From Eledone cirrhosa (lineage: Eukaryota), in assembly GCA_964016885.1 (NCBI GenBank), contig OZ024741.1, positions 190,774,001-190,838,000 on the forward strand: 64,000 nt of DNA, read 5' to 3'. Position 1 is the first letter of the stretch, and each line of letters opens with the position of its first letter. The position numbers were made by a program, and so were the translations under genes. Positions 51,901 through 64,000 of this stretch are shown in pieces. A model generated the notes under the pieces. It saw only the letters and a program-made list of their open reading frames with translations, searched no databases and had not been told where the DNA came from.

Positions 51901-54900
51901 TGGATGGTAAAGTGTCACATATGTTACCTGGTAGTTTGTCTGGATGGTAAAGTGTCATATATGTTACCTGGTGGTTTGTCTGGATGGTAAAGTGTCATAT
52001 ATGTTACCTGGTGGTTTGTCTGGATGGTAAAGTGTTATATATGTTACTTGGTGGTTTGTCTGGATGGTAAAGTTACCTGGAAGTTTGTCTGGATGGTAAA
52101 GTGTCATATATGTTACCTGGTGGTTTGTCTGGATGGTAAAGTGTTATATATGTTACCTCGTAGTTTGTCTGGATGGTAAAGTGTCATATAAGTTACCTGG
52201 TGGTTTGTCTGGAAGGTAAAGTGTCATATATGTTACCTGGTGGGCTGTCTGGATGGTAAAGTGTCATATATGTTACCTGGTGGTTTGACTGGATGGTAAA
52301 GTGTCATATATGTTACCTGGTGGTTTGTCTGGATGGTAAAGTGTCATATATGTTACCTGGTTGTTTGTCTGGATGGTAAAGTGTCATATATGTTACCTGG
52401 TGGTTTGTCTGGATGGTAAAGTGTTATATATGTTACCTGGTAGTTTGTCTGGATGGTAAAGTGTCATATATGTCACCTGGTGGTTTGTCTGGATGGTAAA
52501 GTGTCATATAAGTTACCTGGTGGTTTGTCTGGATGGTAAAGTGTTATATATGTTACCTGGTAGTTTGTCTTGATGGTAAAGTGTCATATATGTTACCTGG
52601 TGGTTTGTATGGATGGTAAAGTGTCATACATGTTACCTGGTGGTTTGTCTGGATGGTAAAGTGCCCTATATGTTACCTGGTGGTTTGTCTGGAAGGTAAA
52701 GTGTCATATAAGTTACCTGATAGTTTGTCTGGATGCTAAAGTGTCATATATGTTACCTGGTGGTTTGTCTGGATGGTAAAGTGTCATATATGTTACCTGG
52801 TGGTTTGTCTGGAAGTTAAAGTGTCATATAAGTTACCTGGTAGTTTGTCTGGATGGTAAAGTTACCTGGTGGTTTGTCTGGGAGGTAAAGTGTCATATAT
52901 GTTACATGGTGGTTTGTCTGGATGGTAAAGTGTCATATATGTTACCTGGTGGTTTGTCTGGATGGTAAAGTGTCATACATGTTACCTGGTGGTTTGTCTG
53001 TATGGTAAAGTGTCATATATGTTACCTGGTGGTTTGTCTGAATGGTAAAGTGTCATATATGTTACCTGGTGGCTTGTCTGGATGGTAAAGTGTCATATAT
53101 GTTACCTGGTGCTTTGTCTGGATGGTAAAGTGTCACATATGTTACCTGGTGGTTTGTCTGGATGGTAAAGTGTCATATATGTTACCTGGTGGTTTGTCTG
53201 GATGGTAAAGTGTCATATATGTTACCTGGTGGTTTGTCTGGATGGTAAAGTGTTATATATGTTACCTGGTAGTTTGTCTGGATGGTAAAGTGTCATATAT
53301 GTTACCTGGTGGTTTGTCTGGATGGTAAAGTGTTATATATGTTACCTGGTAGTTTGTCTGGATGGTAAAGTGTCATATAAGTTACCTGGTGGTTTGTCTG
53401 GATGGTAAAGTGTCATATATGTTACCTGGTGGTTTGTCTGGATGGTAAAGTGTCATATATGTTACCTGGTGGTTTGTCTGGATGGTAAAGTGTCATATAT
53501 GTTACCTGGTGGTTTGTCTGGATGGTAAAGTGTCATATATGTTACCTGGTAGTTTGTCTGGATGGTTAAGTTACATGGTGGTTTGTCTGGATGGTAAAGT
53601 GTCATATATGTTACCTGGTAGTTTGTCTGGATGGTAAAGTGTCATATATGTTACCTGGTAGTTTGTCTGGATAGTAAAGTGTCATATATGTTACCTGGTA
53701 GTTTGTCTGGATGGTAAAGTGTCATATAAGTTACCTGGTGGTTTGTCTGGATGGTAAAGTGTTATATATGTTACCTGGTGGTTTGTCTGGATGGTAAAGT
53801 GTTATACATGTTACCTGGTGGTTTGTCTGGATGGTAAAGTGTAATATATGTTACCTGGTGGTTTGTCTGGATGGTAAAGTGTCATATATGTTACCTGGTA
53901 GTTTGTCTGGATGGTAAAGTGTTATATATGTTAACTAGTGGTTTGTCTGTATGGAAAAGTGTCATATATGTTACCTGGTAGTTTGTCTGGATGGTAAAGT
54001 GTCATATATGTTACCTGGTAGTTTGTCTGGATGGTAAAGTGTTACATATGTTACCTCGTAGTTTGTCTGGATGGTAAAGTGTCATATATGTTACCTGGTG
54101 GTTTGTCTGGATGGTATAGTTACCTGGTAGTTTGTCTGGATGGTAAAATGTCATATAAGTTACCTCGTAGTTTGTCTGGATGGTAAAGTGTCATATAAGT
54201 TACCTGGTGGTTTGTCTGGATGGTAAAGTGTTATATATGTTACCTGGTAGTTTGTCTGGATGGTAAAGTGTCATATATGTTACCTGGTGGTTTGTTTGGA
54301 TGGTAAATTGTCATATATTTTACCTGGTGGTTTGTCTGGATGGTAAAGTGTCATATATGTTACCTGGTAGTTTGTCTGGATGGTAAGGTTACCTGGTGGT
54401 TTGTCTGGATGGTAAAGCGTCATATATGTTACCTGGTAGTATGTCTAGATGGTAAAGTGTCATATAAGTTACCTGGTGGTTTGTCTGGATGGTAAAGTGT
54501 TATATATGTTACCTGGTGGTTTGTCTGGATGGTAAAGTGTTATATATGTTACCTGGTAGTTTGTCTGGATGGTAAGGTGTCATATATGTTACCTGGTAGT
54601 TTGTCTGGATGGTAAAGTGTCATATAAGTTACCTGGTATTTTGTCTGGATGGTAAAGTGTCATATAAGTTACCTGGTAGTTTGTCTGGATGGTAAAGTGT
54701 TATATATTTAACCTGGTAGTTTGTCTGGATGGTAAAGTGTCATATATGTTACCTGGTAGTTTGTCTGGATGGTAAAGTGTCATATATGTTACCTGGTGGT
54801 TTGTCTGGATGGTAAAGTGTTATATATTTAACCTGGTAGTTTGTCTGGATGGTTAAGTTACCTGGTCGTTTGTCTGGATGGTAAAGTGTCATATATGTTA

Positions 54901-57900
54901 CCTGGTAGTTTGTCTGGATGGTTAAGTTACCTGTTGGTTTGTCTGGATGGTAAAGTGTCATACATGTTACCTGGTAGTTTGTCTGGATGGTAAAGTGTCA
55001 TACATGTTACCTGGTGGTTTGTCTGGATGGTAAAGTGTCATATATGTTACCTGGTGGTTTGTCTGGATGGTAAAGTGTCATATATGTTACCTGGTGGTTT
55101 GTCTGGATGGTAAAGTGTCATATATGTTACCTGGTAGTTTGTCTGGATGGTAAAGTGTCATATACGTTACCTGGTAGTTTGTCTGGATAGTAAAGTGTCA
55201 TATATGTTACCTGGTAGTTTGTCTGGATGGTAAAGTGTCATATAAGTTACCTGGTGGTTTGTCTGGATGGTAAAGTGTTATATATGTTACCTGGTGGTTT
55301 GTCTGGATGGTAAAGTGTTATACATGTTACCTGGTGGTTTGTCTGGATGGTAAAGTGTAATATATGTTACCTGGTGGTTTGTCTGGATGGTAAAGTGTCA
55401 TATATGTTACCTGGTAGTTTGTCTGGATGGTAAAGTGTTATATATGTTAACTAGTGGTTTGTCTGGATGGAAAAGTGTCATATATGTTACCTGGTAGTTT
55501 GTCTGGATGGTAAAGTGTCATATATGTTACCTGGTGGTTTGTCTGGATGGTAAAGTGTCATATATGTTACCTGGTGGTTTGTCTGGATGGTAAAGTGTCA
55601 TATATGTTACCTGGTAGTTTGTCTGGATGGTAAAATGTCATATAAGTTACCTCGTAGTTTGTCTGGATGGTAAAGTGTCATATAAGTTACCTGGTGGTTT
55701 GTCTAGAAGGTAAAGTGTCATATATGTTACCTGGTGGGCTGTCAGCATGGTAATTTGTCATATATGTTACCTGGTGGTTTGTCTGGATGGTAAAGTGTCA
55801 TATATGTTACCTGGTGGTTTGTCTGGATGGTAAAGTGTCATATATGTTACCTGGTTGTTTGTCTGGATGGTAAAGTGTCATATATGTTACCTGGTGGTTT
55901 GTCTGGATGGTAAAGTGTTATATATGTTAGCTGGTAGTTTGTCTGGATGGTAAAGTGTCATATATGTTACCTGGTGGTTTGTCTGGATGGTAAAGTGTCA
56001 TACATGTTACCTGGTGGTTTGTCTGGATGGTAAAGTTACCTGGTGGTTTGTCTGGATGGTAAAGTGTCATATATGTTACCTGGTGGTTTGTCTGGAAGTT
56101 AAAGTGTCATATAAGTTACCTGGTAGTTTGTCTGGATGGTAAAGTTACCTGGTGGTTTGTCTGGAAGGTAAAGTGTCATATATGTTAACTGGTGGTTTGT
56201 CTGCATGGTAAAGTGTCATATATGTTACCTGGTGGTTTGTCTGGATGGTCAAGTGTCATATATGTTACCTGGTGGTTTGTCTGGATGGTAAAGTGTCATA
56301 CATGTTACCTGGTGGTTTGTCTGTATGGTAAAGTGTCATATACGTTACCTGGTGGTTTGTCTGGATGGTAAAGTGTCATATATGTTACCTGGTGGCTTGT
56401 CTGGATGGTAAAGTGTCATATATGTTACCTGGTGCTTTGTCTGGATGGTAAAGTGTCACATATGTTACCTGGTGGTTTGTCTGGATGGTAAAGTGTCATA
56501 TATGTTACCTGGTGGTTTGTCTGGATGGTAAAGTGTCATATATGTTACCTGGTGGTTTGTCTGGATGGTAAAGTGTTATATATGTTATCTGGTAGTTTGT
56601 CTGGATGGTAAAGTGTTATATATGTTACCTGGTGGTTTGTCTGGATGGTAAAGTGTTATATAAGTTACCTGGTAGATTGTCTGGATGGTAAAGTGTCATA
56701 TAAGTTACCTGGTGGTTTGTCTGGATGGTAAAGTGTCATATATGTTACCTGGTGGTTTGTCTGGATGGTAAAGTGTCATATATGTTACCTGGTGGTTTGT
56801 CTGGATGGTAAAGTGTCATATATGTTACCTGGTGGTTTGTCTGGATGGTAAAGTGTCATATATGTTACCTGGTAGTTTGTCAGTATGGTTAAGTTACCTG
56901 GTGGTTTGTCTGGATGGTAAAGTGTCATATATGTTACCTGGTGGTTTGTCTGGATGGTAAAGTGTCATATATGTTACCTGGTAGTTTGTCTGGATGGTAG
57001 AGTGTTATATATGTTACCTGGTGGTTTGTCTGGATGGTAAAGTGTCATATATGTTACCTGGTAGTTTGTCTGGATGGTAAAGTGTCATATATGTTACCTG
57101 GTAGTTTGTCTGGATGGTAAAGTGTCATATATGTTACCTGGTGGTTTGTCTGGATGGTAAAGTGTCATATATGTTACCTGGTAGTTTGTCTGGATGGTAA
57201 AGTGTCATATATGTTACCTGGTAGTTTGTCTGGATGGTAAAGTGTCATATATGTTACCTGGTAGTTTGTCTGGATGGTAAAGTGTCATATATGTTACCTG
57301 GTAGTTTGTCTGGATGGTAAAGTGTTACATATGTTACCTGGTGGATTTTCTGGATGGTAAAGTGTCATATATGTTACCTGGTGGTTTGTCTGGATGGTAA
57401 AGTTACCTGGTAATTTGTCTGGATGGTAAAGTGTCATATATGTTACCTGGTGGTTTGTCTGGATGGTAAAGTGTCATATATGTTACCTGGTGGTTTGTCT
57501 GGATGGTAAAGTGTCATATATGTTACCTGGTGGTTTGTCTGGATGGTAAAGTGTCATATATGTTACCTGGTAGTTTGTCTGGATGGTAAAGTGTCATATA
57601 AGTTACCTGGTGGTTTGTCTGGATGGTAAAGTGTTATATATGTTACCTGGTGGTTTGTCTGGATGGTAAAGTGTCATATATGTTACCTGGTGGTTTGTCT
57701 GGATGGTAAAGTTACCTGGTAGTTTGTCTGGATGGTAAAGTGTCATATATGTTACCTGGTAGTTTGTCTGGATGGTAAAGTGTTATATATGTTAACTAGT
57801 GGTTTGTCTGGATGGAAAAGTGTCATATATGTTACCTGGTAGTTTGTCTGGATGGTAAAGTGTCATATATGTTACCTGGTGGTTTGTCTGGATGGTAAAG

Positions 57901-60900
57901 TGTTACATATGTTACCTCATAGTTTGTCTGGATGGTAAAGTGTCATATATGTTACCTGGTGTTTGTCTGGATGGTAAAGTTACCTGCTAGTTTGTCTGGA
58001 TGGTAAAATGTCATATAAGTTACATCGTAGTTTGTCTGGATGGTAAAGTGTCATATATGTTACCTGGTGGTTTGTCTGGAAGGTAAAGTGTCATATATGT
58101 TACCTGGTGGTTTGTCTGGATGGTAAAGTGTTATATATGTTACCTCCTAGTTTGTCTGGATGGTAAAGTGTCATATAAGTTACCTGGTGGTTTGTCTGGA
58201 AGGTAAAGTGTCATATATGTTACCTGGTGGGCTGTCTGGATGGTAAAGTGTCATATATGTTACCTGGTGGTTTGTCTGGATGGTAAAGTGTCATATATGT
58301 TACCTGGTTGTTTGGCTGGATGGTAAAGTGTCATATATGTTACCTGGTGGTTTTTCTGGATGGTAAAGTGTTATATATGTTACCTGGTAGTTTGTCTGGA
58401 TGGTAAAGTGTCATATATGTTACCTGGTGGTTTGTCTGGATGGTAAAGTGTCATATAAGTTACCTGGTGGTTTGTCTGGATGGTAAAGTGTTATATATGT
58501 TACCTGGTAGTTTGTCTGGATGGTAAAGTGTCATATATGTTACCTGGTGGTTTGTCTGGATGGTAAAGTGTCATACATGTTACCTGGTGGTTTGTCTGGA
58601 TGGTAAAGTGTCATATATGTTACCTGGTGGTTTGTCTGGAAGTTAAAGTGTCATATAAGTTACCTGGTAGTTTGTCTGGATGGTAAAGTTACCTGGTGGT
58701 TTGTCTGGAAGGTAAAGTGTTATATATGTTACCTGGTGGTTTGTCTGGATGGTAAAGTGTCATATATGTTACCTGGTGGTTTGTCTGGATGGTCAAGTGT
58801 CATATATGTTACCTGGTGGTTTGTCTGGATGGTAAAGTGTCATACATGTTACCTGGTGGTTTGTCTGTATGGTAAAGTGTCATATATGTTACCTGGTGGT
58901 TTGTCTGAATGGTAAAGTGTCATATATGTTACCTGGTGGCTTGTCTGGATGGTAAAGTGTCATATATGTTACCTGGTGGTTTGTCTGGATGGTAAAGTGT
59001 CACATATGTTACCTGGTAGTTTGTCTGGATGGTAAAGTGTCATATATGTTACCTGGTGGTTTGTCTGGATGGTAAAGTGTTATATATGTTACCTGGTGGT
59101 TTGTCTGGATGGTAAAGTTACCTGGAAGTTTGTCTGGATGGTAAAGTGTCATATATGTTACCTGGTGGTTTGTCTGGATGGTAAAGTGTTATATATGTTA
59201 CCTCGTAGTTTGTCTGGATGGTAAAGTGTCATATAAGTTACCTGGTGGTTTGTCTGGAAGGTAAAGTGTCATATATGTTACCTGGTGGGCTGTCTGGATG
59301 GTAAAGTGTCATATATGTTACCTGGTTGTTTGACTGGATGGTAAAGTGTCATATATGTTACCTGGTGGTTTGTCTGGATGGTAAAGTGTCATATATGTTA
59401 CCTGGTTGTTTGTCTGGATGGTAAAGTGTCATATATGTTACCTGGTGGTTTGTCTGGATGGTAAAGTGTTATATATGTTACCTGGTAGTTTGTCTGGATG
59501 GTAAAGTGTCATATATGTTACCTGGTGGTTTGTCTGGATGGTAAAGTGTCATATAAGTTACCTGGTGATTTGTCTGGATGGTAAAGTGTTATATATGTTA
59601 CCTGGTAGTTTGTCTTGATGGTAAAGTGTCATATATGTTACCTGGTGGTTTGTCTGGATGGTAAAGTGTCATACATGTTACCTGGTGGTTTGTCTGGATG
59701 GTAAAGTGCCCTATATGTTACCTGGTGGTTTGTCTGGAAGGTAAAGTGTCATATAAGTTACCTGATAGTTTGTCTGGATGCTAAAGTGTCATATATGTTA
59801 CCTGGTGGTTTGTCTGGATGGTAAAGTGTCATATATGTTACCTGGTGGTTTGTCTGGAGGTTAAAGTGTCATATAAGTTACCTGGTAGTTTGTCTGGATG
59901 GTAAAGTTACCTGGTGGTTTGTCTGGGAGGTAAAGTGTCATATATGTTACCTGGTGGTTTGTCTGGATGGTAAAGTGTCATACATGTTACCTGGTGGTTT
60001 GTCTGTATGGTAAAGTGTCATATATGTTACCTGGTGGTTTGTCTGAATGGTAAAGTGTCATATATGTTACCTGGTGGCTTGTCTGGATGGTAAAGTGTCA
60101 TATATGTTACCTGGTGCTTTGTCTGGATGGTAAAGTGTCACATATGTTACCTGGTGGTTTGTCTGGATGGTAAAGTGTCATATATGTTACCTGGTGGTTT
60201 GTCTGGATGGTAAAGTGTCATATATGTTACCTGGTGGTTTGTCTGGATGGTAAAGTGTTATATATGTTACCTGGTAGTTTGTCTGGATGGTAAAGTGTCA
60301 TATATGTTACCTGGTGGTTTGTCTGGATGGTAAAGTGTTATATATGTTAGCTGGTAGTTTGTCTGGATGGTAAAGTGTCATATAAGTTACCTGGTGGTTT
60401 GTCTGGATGGTAAAGTGTCATATATGTTACCTGGTGGTTTGTCTGGATGGTAAAGTGTCATATATGTTACCTGGTGGTTTGTCTGGATGGTAAAGTGTCA
60501 TATATGTTACCTGGTGGTTTGTCTGGATGGTAAAGTGTCATATATGTTACCTGGTAGTTTGTCTGGATGGTAAAGTGTTACATATGTTACCTAGTGGATT
60601 TTCTGGATGGTAAAGTGTCATATATGTTACCTGGTGGTTTGTCTGGATGGTAAAGTTACCTGGAAGTTTGTCTGGATGGTAAAGTGTCATATATGTTACC
60701 TGGTGGTTTGTCTGGATGGTAAAGTGTTATATATGTTACCTCGTAGTTTGTCTGGATGGTAAAGTGTCATATAAGTTACCTGGTGGTTTGTCTGGAAGGT
60801 GAAGTGTCATATATGTTACCTGGTGGGCTGTCTGGATGGTAAAGTGTCATATATGTTACCTGGTGGTTTGACTGGATGGTAAAGTGTCATATATGTTACC

Positions 60901-63900
60901 TGGTGGTTTGTCTGGATGGTAAAGTGTCATATATGTTACCTGGTTGTTTGTCTGGATGGTAAAGTGTCATATATGTTACCTGGTGGTTTGTCTGGATGGT
61001 AAAGTGTTATATATGTTACCTGGTAGTTTGTCTGGATGGTAAAGTGTCATATATGTTACCTGGTGTTTTGTCTGGATGGTAAAGTGTCATATAAGTTACC
61101 TGGTGGTTTGTCTGGATGGTAAAGTGTTATATATGTTACCTGGTAGTTTGTCTTGATGGTAAAGTATCATATATGTTACCTGGTGGTTTGTCTGGATGGT
61201 AAAGTTTCATACATGTTACCTGGTGGTTTGTCTGGATGGTAAAGTTACCTGGTGGTTTGTCTGGATGGTAAAGTGTCATATATGTTACCTGGTGGTTTGT
61301 CTGGAAGTTAAAGTGTCATATAAGTTACCCGGTAGTTTGTCTGGATGGTAAAGTTACCTGGTGGTTTGTCTGGGAGGTAAAGTGTCATATATGTTACCTG
61401 GTGGTTTGTCTGGATGGTAAAGTGTCATATATGTTACCTGGTGGTTTGTCTGGATGGTCAAGTGTCATATATGTTACCTGGTGGTTTGTCTGGATGGTAA
61501 AGTGTCATATATGTTACCTGGTGGTTTGTCTGTATGGTAAAGTGTCATACATGTTACCTGGTGGTTTGTCTGTATGGTAAAGTGTCATATATGTTACCTG
61601 GTGGTTTGTCTGGGAGGTAAAGTGTCATATATGTTACCTGGTGGGCTGTCTGGATGGTAAAGTGTCATATATGTTACCTGGTGGTTTGTCTGTATGGTAA
61701 AGTGTCATACATGTTACCTGGTGGTTTGTCTGTATGGTAAAGTGTCATATATGTTACCTGGTGGTTTGTCTGGATGGTAAAGTGTCATATATGTTACCTG
61801 GTGGCTTGTCTGGATGGTAAAGTGTCATATATGTTACCTGGTGGTTTGTCTGGATGGTAAAGTGTCATATATGTTACCTGGTGGTTTGTCTGGATGGTAA
61901 AGTGACATATATGTTACCTGGTAGTTTGTCTGGATGGTAAAGTGTCATATATGTTACCTGGTGGTTTGTCTGGATGGTAAAGTGTTATATATGTTACCTG
62001 GTAGTTTGTCTGGATGGTAAAGTGTCATATAAGTTACCTGGTGGTTTGTCTGGATGGTAAAGTGTCATATATGTTACCTGGTGGTTTGTCTGGATGGTAA
62101 AGTGTCATATATGTTACCTGGTGGTTTGTCTGGATGGTAAAGTGACATATATGTTACCTGGTGATTTGTCTGGATGGTAAAGTGTCATATATTTTACCTG
62201 GTAGTTTGTCTGGATGGTTAAGTTACCTGGTGGTTTGTCTGGATGGTAAAGTGTCATATATGTTACCTGGTAGTTTGTCTGGATGGTAGAGTGTTATATA
62301 TGTTACCTGGTGGTTTGTCTGGATGGTAAAGTGTCATATATGTTACCTGGTAGTTTGTCTGGATGGTAAAGTGTCATATATGTTACCTGGTAGTTTGTCT
62401 GGATGGTAAAGTGTCATATATGTTACCTGGTTGTTTGTCTGGATGGTAAAGTGTCATATATGTTACCTGGTGGTTTGTCTGGATGGTAAAGTGTCATATA
62501 TGTTACCTGGTAGTTTGTCTGGATGGTAAAGTGTCATATATTTTACCTGGTGGTTTGTCTGGATGGTAAAGTGTCATATAATTTACCTGGTGGTTTGTCT
62601 GGATGGTAAAGTGTTATATATGTTACCTGGTGGTTTGTCTGGATGGTAAAGTGTCATACATGTTACCTGGAGGTTTGTCTGGATGGTAAAGTTACCTGGT
62701 TGTTTGTCTGGATGGTAAAGTGTCCTATATGTTGCCTGGTGGTTTGTCTGGAAGGTAAAGTGTCATATAAGTTACCTGATAGTTTGTCTGGATGCTAAAG
62801 TGTCATATATGTTACCTGGTGGTTTGTCTGGATGGTAAAGTGTCATATATGTTACCTGGTGGTTTGTCTGGAAGTTAAAGTGTCATATAAGTTACCTGGT
62901 AGTTTGTCTGGATGGTAAAGTTACTTGGTGGTTTGTCTGGAAGGTAAAGTGTCATATATGTTACCTGGTGGTTTGTCTGGATGGTAAAGTGTCATATATG
63001 TTACCTGGTGGTTTGTCTGGATGGTCAAGTGTCATATATGTTACCTGGTGGTTTGTCTGGATGGTAAAGTGTCATACATGTTACCTGGTGGTTTGTCTGT
63101 ATGGTAAAGTGTCATATATGTTACCTGGTGGTTTGTCTGGATGGTAAAGTGTCATATATGTTACCTGGTGGCTTGTCTGGATGGTAAAGTGTCATATATG
63201 TTACCTGGTGCTTTGTCTGGATGGTAAAGTGTCACATATGTTACCTGGTGGTTTGTCTGGATGGCAAAGTGTCATATATGTTACCTGGTGGTTTGTCTGG
63301 ATGGTAAAGTGTTATATATGTTACTTGGTAGATTGTCTGGATGGTAAAGTGTCATATATGTTACCTGGTGGTTTGTCTGGATGGTAAAGTGTTATATATG
63401 TTACCTGGTAGTTTGTTTGGATGGTAAAGTGTCATATAAGTTACTTGGTGGTTTGTCTGGACGGTAAAGTGTCATATATGTTACCTGGTGGTTTGTCTGG
63501 ATGGTAAAGTGTTATATATGTTACCTGGTAGTTTGTCTGGATGGTAAAGTGTTATATATGTTACCTGGTAGTTTGTCTGGATGGTAAAGTGTCATATAAG
63601 TTACTTGGTGGTTTGTCTGGATGGTAAAGTGTCATATATGTTACCTGGTGGTTTGTCTGGATGGTGAAGTGTCATATATGTTACCTGGTAGTTTGTCTGG
63701 ATGGTAGAGTGTTATATATGTTACCTGGTGGTTTGTCTGGATGGTAAAGTGTCATATATGTTACCTGGTAGTTTGTCTGGATGGTAAAGTGTCATATATG
63801 TTACCTGGTAGTTTGTCTGGATGGTAAAGTGTCATATATGTTACCTGGTAGTTTGTCTGGATGGTAAAGTGTCATATATGTTACCTGGTAGTTTGTCTGG

Positions 63901-64000
63901 ATGGTAAAGTGTCATATATGTTACCTGGTAGTTTGTCTGGATGGTAAAGTGTCATATATGTTACCTGGTAGTTTGTCTGGATGGTAAAGTGTCATATATG
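6972..64000. repeat. Large tandem satellite array; 40-bp monomer GTTACCTGGTRGTTTGTCTGGATGGTAAAGTGTCATATAT with interspersed 29-bp variant; continues past the window end
   Basis: Head-to-tail single-orientation repeats for >57 kb (roughly 1,400-1,500 monomers by length). I saw no inserted foreign sequence or inversion. Most monomers differ from consensus by only a few substitutions. Confidence 0.99.

Noticed and set aside
46207-63387. Short ORFs within the satellite (MTLYHPDK..., MVKCHICY...)
   Set aside because: The 40-bp unit contains TAA on both strands and shifts frame each unit; longer ORFs arise only where indels or 29-mers dodge the stops.
6972-64000. CRISPR-like reading (29-bp partly palindromic repeat plus 11-bp spacer)
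   Set aside because: The 11-bp segments are nearly invariant rather than unique spacers and are too short; there are no cas genes, and the context is eukaryotic.

Overview
AT-rich eukaryotic (metazoan) genomic DNA. The SINE-like repeats and microsatellite load resemble a coleoid cephalopod such as Octopus; this is my inference. Bases 1-6970 are intronic sequence of a + strand multi-PLAT/LH2-domain gene (LOXHD1-like), with two phase-compatible coding exons (2895-3030, 6176-6320). This part also holds a truncated Penelope-like retroelement (GIY-YIG endonuclease), tRNA-derived SINEs, a piggyBac-like MITE, old minisatellites and microsatellites. Two hammerhead-ribozyme motifs lie on the - strand. 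One is a near-complete type I motif at 4506-4558 in a small microsatellite-embedded element; the other is a degenerate minimal motif at 22-68 downstream of the Penelope ORF. From ~6972 to the window end (>57 kb) runs a head-to-tail 40-bp satellite with a 29-bp deletion variant. It shows nested higher-order duplications (~1.85, 2.4, 7.4 and ~7.1 kb) and appears to sit inside the intron that follows an exon ending mid-PLAT-domain. No prokaryotic genes and no CRISPR array are supported.
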